Part shown: positions 12,244-25,288 of the stretch, piece by piece
How positions within the stretch are numbered: position 1 is the first letter of the stretch
Layout: each line of letters begins with the position of its first letter
NCBI RefSeq assembly: GCF_018977255.1
Contig: NW_024704742.1
Location: 118,050,001-118,114,000, forward strand
Direction of reading: 5' to 3'
DNA: 64,000 bases
Source of the DNA: Callorhinchus milii
Taxonomy: Eukaryota
The notes under the pieces: model-generated
Told to the model about the DNA's origin: nothing
Database searches by the model: none
The model's input: the letters and a program-made list of their open reading frames with translations, nothing else
Program-made: the position numbers and the translations under genes

Positions 12244-14307
12244 AGATGTTAACAGCCTGGCCATGTTTTACTAATGTAATGGAATTTCTCTGTTGTTCAG
12301 AGTTCAAGACTAACACCTATTAGCAGGCAGGTAGTCATGGTATTATCAATCACAATTTTCAAAGTTCACCACAATATCAGTACACGTTGGCCAATTAATC
12401 TAAGATCACCTACAACTTTCCAACCATTTTACCTTTTTATTGCACTTCCACATTTTATATAAAAAACAATGATGTGGTAATTACCCCAATTTCTGAATTA
12501 GAGGCTGCACCTTCTTCAAAGCCAGTTTATTAATATCAACGTAAACTATTACTACTTTAAAACCTGCGTGAAGTTAACAATCTGCTGCCGGTATCCCAGG
12601 TCACGGAAGTAATTAAATGTAAGACCTGGTATATTAGAATTATTTTTATACAATTCTGTAAAAAAACAGGTTTGATTGATTGACTATACATGACTGATAA
12701 TTAAACCAGAGTTCAGTTACACTCAAAATAAAAGACCTTTGGCATTACAGACCTTACATCATTTTTATTTTGAGTGCATCTCACTCTAACCAAACCCTTA
12801 GGATTTATCCCCAACTCACAGGCTCTATCTCTTACGTGACGGAGGCTTCTTGTGCAGAATATTAAGGATTAAACTGTCCGGATACAGGAAATCAAGCAGG
12901 AATTCTAAAATGAGCTCTCTGACCAGAATTCCTTAATTGTTGGAGTGTGCGAACTCATTAGGCATGCTGCAATAGACTTACACTTTATCAAGCCATAATA
13001 AAATTGGATGGGAGTTTAAGGAGAGGCACTTATCAGACTTAACCTGAGAGATTTGTTTTGTCGTAGTCTAACCTTTCCATTGTTCAGATTTGCAGCAGTT
13101 TCCACGTGAATTGACAGGCAGTTTTTGGCTTTCACAGTAACGCCAGAACAGCTGCTGGACTTATACTCCACACAGCAGCAATGCAGCACGGCCCATGAAG
13201 CCTTAAAGATAGCGCTGTGGCAGATTTAATCTGGCAAGGTATTCGTGCAAAGGCAAACTTAAAAAAAACATTCGGCCTTGGCTGAATATTTAGATAATTT
13301 GGGATAAAAAAGCAGATTTTTTTGACATTTACAGTATTTAACCAAGGAGATTTTAGAATTATTTACGGGCTCGGTATAACATTTCTCAAAACATTTCAAT
13401 GCAGAGGAAAATCCAATGAATAAACTCTGTCACAACAAAATAAAATCAAGTGCTTTTAATAAAGCATTAGATGTGGTTTAAAAGATGTCTTGCAATGCAT
13501 CATAACTAAAATAATGGTTTTACCATGATCAAAAATGAAACAAGGTGTCTAAACCAATATTTTTGCTACCTCTGAATTGTGAGAAATATCAGTGATGTAT
13601 ACTAACTATGCCAAACCTGATAATTTAACAGTAGATCAAAGAGAGATTAATAGATACCCAGGAGTGATTACAAGGCATTAGTTTAATCAAGGGGGTACAG
13701 ATAATGTCAATATTATTCAAATGCAATGCTCAAGTAGGTTTCAACATTCATTTGCACTCCCATGCATTTGGGTCCTTTTAAAAATAACATACAGTAGGCA
13801 CACTGGGATGATTTTATTCTTTGAGCCAATTAACAGGATCATGATAGAAGACAAATCATAGAGACACTGGAAAAGACCATTACACTTCATTTGGTTGGTC
13901 CCAAAGTTAAGAATAAATTTTAAAAATTAACAATCTTTACCTCTCATATCCCCAAATTGAATTCTTTGCCAAACAGCTATCTAATTCCCTCTTGAATTTG
14001 CTGACAATCTGCCTCTATATACAGTCTGTTCAACCATGACAAACATTATAAGGGTGCATTTTACCAATGCTTTTTAGAACTGAATTTGGCATTCAATAAC
14101 TCAATACGATCATCCTTGAGTCTTTATTTTTCCTGCCTGTCCACTGACTATGTCTAGTCTTAGGTGCTAGTTTCAGCTATAGTCATCTCAGTGCTGTATC
14201 CCTTTAGCCATATACTTAAAATCAAACTTTTCTTTAATCCCAGTGTACAACGTGCTATGGTTTCAGCTGCCTATCCACTAATACATCCCAAATCTCTCTT
14301 CTGTGTT

Positions 14308-15912
14308 AGAACATAAGAATTAGGAGCAGGCCATTCGGCCCCTGTAGCCTGCCCCAGCATTCAATAAGATCATGGCTGATCTATTCTAACTCCACCTACC
14401 CGCCTTATCCCCATATCCCTTAATCCCTTTATCCACAAGAAATCTATCAATCTCAGTCTTGGATATGTGGAGTCCTGTAGCTCAGTGGTTAGAGCACTCG
14501 CTTTGCAAGTGAGAGACCTGAGTTCAATTCCAGGCAGAGGTCGAAACCTTGGGCAAGTTTCCTTACTCCACACAGAGCCTAATAATAATCCCTCCAAAAC
14601 CAAAAACAATAATAAATTGGTCATTTTCAATCTACGACTGTTTGTGGGACATTGCTGTGCGCAATTGGCTGCCGCGTTCGCCCACAAATATACAGTCAAT
14701 TCACTTTACAGTCTATTCTGTGAAGCGCTTTGGGACGTCCTCCCGACGTGAAAAGCGCTATATCAAATGCAAGGATTATTATTATTATTATTATATGTTC
14801 AAGGACTGAGCATCTACAGCACTTTGGGGTAGAGAATTCCATATATAAGTTTTTTCTCAACTCAGTGCGAAAGGGCTTACCCCTAATTTTAAGACTGTGA
14901 CCCCTAGTTATAGTTTCTCCAAACAGGGGAAAAAGTCTCCCACTATCTATTCTGTCATGCCCCTTAATAAACTTATAGGTCACCTCTCATTCTTCTTTTT
15001 ATTCTATATTCTGGAGAATATAGGCCTAAATTGCTCAACCTATCCTCATAACGCATCCCCCTCAACCCTGGTACCAACCTAGTGAATCTACGTTGTACCC
15101 CCTCCAAGGCGAGTACATCCTTTCTTAAATAGGGAGATCAAAACTGCACACAATACTCTAGGTGCGGTCTCATCAGGGCCCTATACAGTTGAGGCAAGCC
15201 TTCCCTACTCTTATATTCTAACCCTTTTGTAACAAGTGCCAACATACCGTTTGCCTTCCTAATTGCTTGCTGTACCTGCAAACTAACTTTTTGTGACTGG
15301 TGTACAAGGACACCCAAATCCCTCTGAACGCTAACACTATCTAGTCTCTCCCCTTCTAAAAAATAATCTGCTCTACTGTTATTGCCACCGAGGTGGATGA
15401 CCTCACACTTCCCTACATTATACTTCATCTGCCACCTATTTGGCCACTCACCTAACCTATCTATATCTCGTTGCATTTTTTTAATGTTTACTCAGTGTTT
15501 ACTCTCCCTCTTAGTTTAGTGTCATCCGCAAATTTGGATATATTAAGTTTGATGTCCCCATCTAGATTGTTGATGTAGAATGTAAATAGTTGAGGCCCAA
15601 GCACGGATCCTTGTGGCACTCCACTAGTCTCATCCCGCCAATCTGAGAAGGACCCATTAACCCTACTCTTTGTTTTCATCCCATTAGCCATTCTTGAATC
15701 CATGCTGATATATTCCGCTTAATTCCATGGGCCCTAATCTTGTGAATCAACCTTTTATGCGGCACCTAATCGAATGCCTTTTCGAAATCTAAATACACTA
15801 CATCCACTGTTTCCCTCCTATCTAATCTACTTGATATGTCCTCAAAAAAATCTAAAAGATTTGTTAAGCATGACTTCCCTTTTGTAAAGCCATGTTGACT
15901 CTGTCTAATCAT
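14308..15912 (-). mobile_element. 5'-truncated, degenerate CR1 LINE (RT C-terminus and 3' end), interrupted by a SINE
   Basis: RT motifs QHGFTKGKSCLTNLL, VYLDFEKAFD, GVPQGSVLGP, KFADDTKL and RPHLEYCVQF, broken by stops and frameshifts. Confidence 0.93.
14469..14792 (+). mobile_element. Full-length young tRNA-SINE, short variant, inserted in the CR1
   Basis: A box TAGCTCAGTGG, B box GTTCAATTCC, (TTA)n tail; TSD ATATGT at 14463-14468 and 14793-14798. Confidence 0.95.
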
Positions 15913-16315
15913 ATTGTGATATTCATATTCAGTGTTATATCCTGAAGACAGACAGACATCACATACTTGGTGTATGATGACATCCATATTGAAAGTTTAG
16001 GAAGTGATAGCTGGGATAAAAGTCAATATAACAGTGTTCATATAACATCATAAACTGAGATGCATTACGGCTTTTATATTAATTTCAGTATATTATGCTA
16101 TTATTATATTGTACAGTACAAACTGACATTTATTTAGCCATTTTTAATAAAATGTACAATTCATGTTTTATAATTTATTAATACCAACATTACTGGGTTA
16201 TTTCATTGCATGCCTCAGCACCTAAAAATATGGTAAATATGATTTTGTTAATGTTCCCAAAGTATTAATACCTATATTGTAATCAATTGCCAAGGACATA
16301 TATGGTCAGGCAGCA

Positions 16316-16879
16316 GCATAAAACACTGGTTAGGCCTCAGCTAGAATACTGCGCCCAGTTCTGGGCACCACACTATAGGAAGGATGTTAAGGCATTGGAA
16401 AGGATGCAGAGGAGATTTACAAGAATGGTACCAGGCATGTGGGACCTTTATTATGAGGAAAGGCTAGAGATGCTGGGATTATTCTCATTGGAGCAGAGAA
16501 GGTTACAAGGAGACCTAATAGAGGTCTTCAAAATCATGAGGGGATTTGATAGGTTAGAAAGGGAAAAACTGTTTCCACTGGTGGGTGTGTCACAGATTCA
16601 AAATAGTATCTAAAAGAAGCAGAGGGGAGGTGAGAAGAAATGTTTTCACGCAGCGAGGTGTTCGAATCTGGAACGCATTGCCTGAAAGGGTGGTCGAGGC
16701 CGATTCGATAACTACTTTTAAAAATGCGGTGGACGGATATTTGAGGAGGACGGGTTTGCAGGGTTATGGGGAAAGGGCTGGGGAGTGGGATTGACATTAA
16801 TTGCTCTATTCAAAAAGCCGGTACAGACTCGATGGGCCGAATGGCCTCTTTTTGTGCTGTACGATTCTATGATTCTATG
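16316..16879 (+). mobile_element. CR1 LINE 3' fragment
   Basis: Encodes VRPQLEYCAQFWAPHYRKD...LFSLEQRRLQGDLIEVFKI and ends in the tail (GATTCTAT)2. Confidence 0.92.
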
Positions 16880-17120
16880 TCCTAAGGCGCTGGACAGTTG
16901 AGGTTTTTTGGATCCGAGCTGGGAGTTGGGGTCAGGAGGGGTGGAGGGCAGGGTGGGTGGGAAGGAGGCCAAAGGCACAGTCCAATCAAAGAACAACAAC
17001 AACAACAACAACATTCCATTTATTGAGCGCCTTTCACGTCGGGAGGACGTCCCAAGGCGCAAAGAAGAAGGTCTTTAGATGAGACTTAAAGGAGGTAAGA
17101 GAGGGGGTGAAGAGGAGGGA
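16880..17120 (-). mobile_element. L2 LINE 3'-end fragments with (CAA)n tail
   Basis: Contains GAGCGCCTTTCACGTCGGGAGGACGTCCCAAGGCGC next to a (CAA)n run. Confidence 0.8.
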
Positions 17121-17231
17121 TTCCAAGGTGAATAGATTAAACCATGAGTAGATTATTCTGGAAAGTCATGATTTTCAGAAATTATATAGCTATCTATGTG
17201 ACCAATGCACCAAAGTAAGAAGCCCAGTTAC

Positions 17232-17370
17232 CTGTGAACATTATCCTGGCTCGAAGGTACAACCCCAAGGTTTGACACGTTCACTAGCTTCTGCACAATT
17301 GCTTGTCGAGAGGAATTCTGTGGTGCGCACGTGATGCTTGTAGAATTTTCATTCATTCCTGACAGTTTTC
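17232..17370 (-). CDS. AP3B1: AP3B1 coding exon (about human exon 26)
   Basis: tttgcag|GA AAA...CAC AG|gtaact. 139 nt, phase 1 to 2. Encodes GKLSGMNENSTSITCAPQNSSRQAIVQKLVNVSNLGVVPSSQDNVH. Confidence 0.96.
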
Positions 17371-18284
17371 CTGCAAACAGACAAGTTCCTGGTTTAGATA
17401 TATAAGATCTATATAGTGCCTCTCATGTTGGGAGACGTCCCAAAGCGCTTCACAAGCTATATTATAAAGCGGAGTGACTGTGTTTAGTGGACAAAGGCAA
17501 AAGCTATGCCAGTGTAAAACCATCAATTTACTTTTAGATCAGAAAAGGTTTCAAGGCCTGGTAGATGCAGCCAAGAAACTAACACGCATTAAAGTTTTGC
17601 ATTAAAGGATGCATTTATAAACTCTGCATAAAATAACAACACAGAGAATTTGAATCATTCCCACACAATTTGAAACAAGCAGAATTGTTTTCTTCATACA
17701 CAGAGAATCATGTTACTAATTTGGTAATTATTCTCCTTTAATTCTACCCAATAACATTTTAAAAATGGAACATTATCTCAGAAATGTAAAAACAAGCACT
17801 CGTTTGAAAAGTACTTTTAGAATTTACAAACAAGCTCAATCTGTTGCCATATTTCCTTTGATACATTTTCTTCTCAGGTAGAAAAGGCAATTATAATAAT
17901 AAATCATCCTTACGTTTGATATAGCTCCTTTCACATCTGGAGGATGTCTCAAAGTGGTCCACAGAATATACTGCAATGTGTAATGACTACAGTATTTTGA
18001 ATTCATAACATTTTAGTACACAATTACCATAATATCATAAACATTTCTACTTCTCGAAAATCATCAAAATGGGAATTGGGACTAAATTATCCAGATAGCG
18101 AGGCCTAAGTGCTACTCACTTTGTCAAAAAGTTATGGAACTAAAAGTTTTAGTCCAACTGAAGCTTAAAACCTCTCAAGATAAAGCAAGGAGCTATGCTT
18201 CTCTCTCCATATAAACCTGGTAAACAACGGGCTGAGAGACAACCAGCAGCCGTGGACGTAAGGAACTGTTATGCTGGGAGCTAT

Positions 18285-18600
18285 CTTGAAACTGTGGTTG
18301 TTTTCCTAGCAAGACTATTTAAGAGGGGATTTCATAGAGATGTTTAAGATTATGAATGGATTCAATTAAATGTTTGTTGGTAAGTCGTTTCCATTTGTTG
18401 GCAATTCAAAATAAGAGGGCACAAATATAGTAGATCGAACAGGAAAATTAGGAGGAATATCTTCAGGCAGAGGGTGGAGAGTATATGGATCTCACTGGAA
18501 TCTGTAATTGAAGCTAAAAAGCATCAATGTATTCAAGAGGAAATGTATGCATGAGGGAGAAGGGGATAAGGGAATAAAGGAGAGGATTCTAAACACTGGA
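18285..18600 (+). mobile_element. Old CR1 3' fragment
   Basis: Degenerate RGDxIExFKI-type sequence (AGAGGGGATTTCATAGAGATGTTTAAGATTATG). Confidence 0.65.
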
Positions 18601-18925
18601 AGGGGCAGTTGTTAGCAAATTGCTATGCAGAGCAACTGAAGCCCACGAACCTCATGATCTTAAGTTAAGGTTTGTCAATGACTATAAAGCCATGAAAAAT
18701 TTAAGCCACTAAATTTAGGCTTTCACAACCATGGAGTATTAACATTTAATTCAATATGAACATCCCATAGCATGACATTCTATTGAACAAGCAGTAGTCA
18801 CTACAATTATCAATAACTAAAATGCTTTTTAGCTTCAATTACAGATTCCAGTGAGATCCATATACTCGCCATCCTCTGCCTGAAGATATTCCTTCTAATT
18901 TCCCTATTCGATCTACTATATTGAA

Positions 18926-19236
18926 GAGTCCTGTAGCTCAGTGGTTAGAGCACTCGCCTCACAAGAGTGAGACCTGGGTTCGATTCCCGGCAGGGAAAAC
19001 CTTGGGCAAGTTTCCTTACTCCACACGCCTGATAATAATCCCTTAAGAAAAAACAATAATAATTTGGTCACTCAATCCAAGACTGTTTGTGGGACGCTGC
19101 TGTGGGCAATTGGCTGTCGCATTTCACCCACAAATATACAGTCAATTCAATTTACAACATAGTCTGTGAAGCGCTTTGAGACGCCTTGAAGACATGAAAA
19201 ACGCTATATCAAATGCAAGGATTATTATTATTATTA
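18926..19236 (+). mobile_element. Full-length tRNA-SINE, short variant
   Basis: A and B boxes, core and (TTA)n tail all present. Confidence 0.93.
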
Positions 19237-20685
19237 CATGGACACACGAGAACCTGCATTTACTTTTGTGAAAGACAGAACGACCTGAGAACCAGACAAC
19301 AGTTCAGTCCCAGCTCGCTCAGCACAACTGATTTGTATGCGGTACCAGCCACAGGTTCTTTCACCCAAAGGAGTTGCCTTCAAAATCCTCTTAAAATACA
19401 TCACTTTGACCAGGCCTTTGGTCAACACTGTACAACCACCCTCCTTTCCTCTGCTTGACGATTCCCATCTTTTTGTGAATGGTCTGAGATGCTCAAGTCA
19501 TGATATAAAGTGCAAGCTGTTGCGTTTATATTCAACAAACTAATGTCAAAAGAGGGCCAGTAGATTTTCAATTTCCACATATCTCCACCCAAACAAACAG
19601 TTAAAATATATTTGAACTACAATTTGTACTGTATTTTATAAAATGTTCAGGTAATAGACAAGGCTGCTGGATTCACATTTTATAAAGCGAACACAAAGTA
19701 ACAAAAATGGAAGACATTTACTGCAGTGACCTGAACAGTAAAAACAGCACCAGGTTTGTAAGGCACTTTTGGCCAAGACAAGTCCCAGTTACAGGCAAAT
19801 TGGTGTAAGATATTTGCAAAAGCATGCACTCACGCTACCTTCATCAACCTCTATTCAAGAGCAAATGCTGAATAAATTAATGTAACTGTTTATGTTAAAA
19901 GTCCACTCCCCCAGCTTGTAATTAAAGGAAATGCTGCACAAAGCCTGTACTTTTGTCAACCTGCTGTAAATGGAAAGATGGATAGCATTCAAGACAAGTG
20001 AATGCATTGCTTCATATTTAACCTTAACGCTCTTGTCATTAATGGTTTGCCTAACTTGTTCTTTAAAAGACAAGGTACTGCTCTATTGAAGTAAAATTAA
20101 AAATCAACTATACCATGCTTTTCAGAACAGAAGATTCATTATCTTCAGCTAATGTATTGGCATAAAGCGTAGTAACATCCTATCAAGTGAGGCGCACATT
20201 CAATCTGCCTTTTACTCATGCTGTTTTATTGTTATAGGCAATTTGTACCACTCAGCATGACAGTGTAAACTGAATCAAGATTAATTTACATGCAAAAGAA
20301 CACTTAGAGGAGCAGCACGGTAAGCAAATGTATTGTCTTGATTGCTGAGGTGGAAAAGAACCTGGAAAGAAAAAATGTGCTGTAATTAAGGAGCATCAAA
20401 TGTGACTGCTTAAAGGTAGCTTAGGCCAGAATAAGGTAAGTTATGTTGTCGCCTTATTTCAATTACCACAACCTTTCCACACATCATATCTAAGCTTCAG
20501 TGGCAGAACTACTCCTATAATGCAATGAGCAAAAAGATTTTCATTGCCGAATTTAGAACATCACTTACTAGTCACCCAGCCTTACTGATACAATACGGTT
20601 TTACAGAATTTTCAAAGAAATGTTTTACATTTATATAATATTCGAATTTATTAGATATAGTGTATTGTGTCGAAGTATACAAAAT

Positions 20686-20757
20686 CACCCACAAATATAC
20701 AATCAATTCACTTTACAGTATATTCTGTAAAGCATTTTGAGATGTCTCAAAGACATG

Positions 20758-20789
<32 letters not shown>

Positions 20790-21559
20790 CCTTGCATTTG
20801 ATATAGCGCTTTTCACGTCGGGAGGACGTCCCAAAGCGCTTCACAGAACACACTGTAAAGTGAATTGACTGTATATTTGTGGGCGAACGCGGCAGCCAAT
20901 TGCGCACAGCAATGTCCCACAAACAGTCGTAGATTGAAAATGACCAATTTAATTATTGTTTTTAGTTTTGGAGGGATTATTATTAGGCTCTGTGTGGAGT
21001 AAGGAAACTTGCCCAAGGTTTCGCCCTCTGTCTTGAGCAATGATAAGCAATGATAAGGCACTATATCAAATGCAAGGATTATTTTATTATTATAAAATGT
21101 CTCAAGGTGCTTCTGAGAGTTTTCTCTCTAGTGACTCTGTATTTGTAGGCAAATGAAGCAGCCAATTTGTGTACAGAAATGTACCACAAACAGCCATGAA
21201 GTGAATGACCTGGGATCGATTCCCGGGCAGGGCGAAACGTTAGGCAAGTTTCCTTACTCCACATGCCTCTGTTTACTCAGCAGTAAGTAGGAACCCGGTT
21301 GTTAGTCGATTGGCGGATCACTTTTCCGGGGGTAATAATCTTTTCCAAATAAATACAAAATAAAATAATAATAATTTGGTCACCCAATCCACGACTGCTT
21401 GTGGGACACTGCTGTGCACAAGTGGCTGCCCCGTTTTGCCCACAAAACATAGTCAATTCACTTTACAGTATATTCTATGAAGCCCTTTGAGATGTCTGGA
21501 TGACGTGATAAAGCGCAATTAGAAATTATCATCTAATCAAATATAAGGATTATTATTAG
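20686..21559. mobile_element. Cluster of nested SINE pieces, including a young copy at 20758-21027 (-) and a long variant at 21208-21559 (+)
   Basis: Several SINE cores and tails in both orientations. Confidence 0.88.
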
Positions 21560-21914
21560 ATGACAGGTGCATCCCTAGTTTCTTTCATTTGAAGTATTTC
21601 TTACTAAATCAACTTTGTTCAATTTAGGAGGGTGAATGAAGCTTACAGGATCTACGTACAGAAGTCTTGGAATCAAGCTGCCAGTAGTTCAAATTGATAC
21701 AGTCCAGCGAACGATGGCCCTTTTTCTTTGGAGATAAGTCGACTGCAAAACACGTTTGGCTATGAAAATGGACAATATACTTGACAGTAATTACTGTAAA
21801 GCATTTTGAGATGCTTCAATGCGATAAGATAACATGCTCTTTACCCCATCCCTCTCTCTTCTGCAAGTACTTTAATCCAACCTTGATCCAACCTTATTTT
21901 AGGGGTCGGGAGAA

Positions 21915-22230
21915 GAAAGCAATTGCATTGTGCTACATTGTCTCAGGTGTCGTACTTTGGAGGAGACATAAAAACTCAGGTCCCGTCTGCATGTTCAGGT
22001 GGACGTTAAAGATTTGATGTGACTAGTTGAAAACAGAATGGAGTTTCCCCTGGGAGCCTGGCCACCAATCTCCCAGAAAAAAATGGTTATACACTTCATA
22101 GCTGTTTGTTGGGCATTGCTGTGTGCAAATTGGCTGCCCCATTTGTCCTCAAATAGACAGTCACTACACTTTACAGTGAAATCCTGCAAAGCGCTTGGAG
22201 ATGTTATTACAATTGGATATACAGCACTAT
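21915..22230 (+). mobile_element. Ancient Deu-domain SINE
   Basis: Contains TGCTACATTGTCTCAGGTGTCGT...TCAGGTGGACGTTAAAGAT...TTGCTGTGTGCAAATTGGCTGCC, typical of the Deu domain. Confidence 0.8.
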
Positions 22231-24829
22231 TATGAGGTAATGTTTCAAATACCAGGCTTCTGCAATGAAGTTGCACCAACGTTTTTTTAATACGGGATTT
22301 ATACTCTGGGTCTGCTGGTGATGGCACAGCTTGGCTACTTTCTTGGCAGCTGAACATCTCTTACATAGGTGGCTTTGTTCCATAAATGTGTAGACCCAAT
22401 AATGTCATATATCCTGCACGTAATTGGAATCGTTCATATTGTTTTTCTCCTGCAATTTGTGCTTCCCAAATAACTTCAGCAGAATCAGGATCAAAGTTGT
22501 GTGATATTCAGCCCCATCTCTTCACCTCTGCTTGTTATTTAGCAAACAGTCAATTTGGGAAAAAAAACAATACCAACGGTTCAATATGTAATGACATCAA
22601 AATATGAACAATGTTATGTATTGTTCTCCAATCCCTTGCAGAAGTAACATCTGGGGCTACACAGTGAGTACTCTCTCGAATCGGATTAATATTTAAGCAT
22701 TACTTAAAGTGATGCCAAAGGTGAACCTACAGCGTATTACTGTTCGAAGTTTAGTGAGTAATATGTAATACTGCAATTAAACAATTAATCCAATAGTACT
22801 GTCAAAATAAAACATATATAGCGGGAGCTGAGGTGTATAATGTAACAATAGTAATACTGAAATGCCAACTAAAAGTCAGTGCAAGACGCCAATTGCCAAC
22901 AAATTGCAAACAAAGGAAGGTTTACCAAAGGTGAACTCTGGAGACTCGATCACCACCCTGCAGAAACCACCCTGCAAAGACACTGATTAATATGTCAGTG
23001 ATCGAAAATTTATAGTACTGACGGAGACTCAGAGTATAAACATTTACATGGGCTGGTTGGACCGAGTGATCTGTTTCTGTTCTGTACATTCTTATTTTAA
23101 TGTTTGTACTGTCATCCAATCATAGACTTTATACTGGAAATGTAAGATTCCTATCTTGCCATAAACATCACAAAGGTAGATATGGCCAAACACATTTAAC
23201 AATCTTGAAAATTGAACCTCATTGCCCGACAAAACTAAACACAAATAACGTTATGCTGCTGCAATGTGGAAACTGACTTATCTATTGTTATGATGATGGG
23301 GTGTCACTATAATCCAAAATTGAGATATTGCTATGTCCATGACTATTGTGTGGAACATAATATATGATACATGCACAGATGTAGTTGTAGTAGTTATAGC
23401 ATATTGAGCAGCATGTTTTGTCCAGTCCTGATATCCTTGACACGTGAAGTTAAACAATGTTCTTACCAATGCTGCAATTCACTCTTGCTGACAATCAGGC
23501 CTTAGCTGTGACAGTCTTTTTGAGTCAGTTCTCTGCAGGACCAGAGATAAATTAAACATCACAACACCCTCGCCTTCAATACCCAATTCATTTCTTCCTG
23601 CAGAGACACTTTGCAATTTATTGTGATTTCCAGACTAGATTTAAAAATTCCAACTCATTTAAAAATACTTAGTGACCATTTTTGGCCTTAGAAAGCTTCA
23701 ATCTTTTCTCATTTACTTGAAAGAAATGGAAAAAAAATCACTGAAGCTGTAAATGTAACGGAGTCAAATACTAATAAATTAATAATTAATTTGTCAATAA
23801 TGTTACGTTTGGACCAGGATATTTACTGCATGCAGTGAAACACAGTAAGAATGGTAAATAGGGATATCCAGTTTCAAACCAGGACCCATTTATTCAGAAT
23901 GCACTGCCCTTACATTACATACCATATTAATCTTTTCCATCTCAGTACTGTTTCAGCACATAGCTTTCCTACTAAACAGCATCAACCACCTATAATTACA
24001 CTGCTCACAAGTGGGAGCATGGCACGGACTTGATCTAATGAGTGAGCAAAATAATTGTTGAAACTGGTCAAAGAAAAACAAAGAAAGACAAGATTAATTT
24101 ATCAGCGATTTCTTTTGATATCAAATCTGAAATCTCGACATATCCCTTCAGAGTAAGATTGACTTCCACTCAGTGGGGCTCTGCATTAGAAATATTGCAT
24201 AAAAACATAACTTTTCAAAAAACCTTATTCAGAGTAACCTTTCTGGTCGATTAAACATAGCACATAGCTGCCACATTTACTCACAGAAAGAATCAACAAC
24301 CATAGAGGGAAAATAGCGAAAGAAAAAGGAATTTTGGCAAGAACTCCAGTGAGGCTTACTTTAATTCTCAGTGAGCACTTCTTCTGTGAACTGATGGTTC
24401 TGTTTGACTAATCAGGAAAATGGTTCAGTTCCAACAAAAGCAAACAAAAAGTAACCAAACCCAAGGTGCACAGGAAGAGAACACCAACAGAAAAGGCAAT
24501 TTTAGCAGCAACATTTGCTTAGGTTTGGAAGGTAAAAGAACAATAAAGCAATGGATAGTTGTTAATAAAGCAGCCACTTCAGCTGGACATGCACTCACCT
24601 GTCATTGCAGAAGTAGTGGAAAGCACAAAGACAGGCTTTTGTCAGCAGAAGGGCAAGAACAGCAAGAAAGGCAATATTAGAGAAATGATCCATCAGATAC
24701 TCCATATGCTTTTACCAGCATCCAGCTTTTAAACTTTGCATCTCTAGACCAATGCAGTTTTTCTAAACTTAAATCACATCATTTAACAGCCATGTGAAAG
24801 TAAACTCAAAACACAAACAAATCTTAAGT

Positions 24830-25288
24830 CAGCGACATTCCAGAGTAGCATTTAAAAGGGAATCTGATAAATACTTTCGTCAAGGTATACATGCAACTAT
24901 ATGCTGGTGTGGTGCATGACATTTTTTCAATGCAAGCACAATTATGATTGTTTTGAAAAGGAAAATAGAGAGACCACTGCCTTCACTGATAGATGAGCCA
25001 GTAACAAAGAGGATATGATTTAAGATCATCACCAGAAGAAAAAAGGGGAGAAATGTTTCATAGCAAATGTTTCTAGAATGTAGAATGCATTACCATAAAT
25101 GGCTTTTGAATCAATAACAGCATTTAAAAGTGAACTGGACAAGCAAATTGAAGAAAAATAATATTACAGGCTATTGCAAAAGAGCAGGGGAAGCAAATTA
25201 GAGTTGATAGCTCCGGTGGAGAAGCTAACACGAGTACAGATTATAGGCTAAGTGACCTTCAGTGCTGTAAAGTTTCATGATTCTATGA
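24830..25288 (+). mobile_element. Old CR1 3' end
   Basis: Degenerate CR1 3' region ending in CATGATTCTATG. Confidence 0.6.

Noticed and set aside
14469..14545. tRNA-Ala(TGC)-like sequence, also at 513, 18926, 33490 and 40394
   Set aside because: It has A and B boxes and an anticodon arm, but no paired acceptor stem, and it runs straight into the SINE body. These are SINE heads, not tRNA genes.
14549..14809. Recurrent ORF MGKFPYSTQSLIII...KCKDYYYY (also 33223-33483, 20713-20922, 584-910)
   Set aside because: A chance reading frame through SINE copies. The poly-Tyr or poly-Ile comes from the (TTA)n tail.
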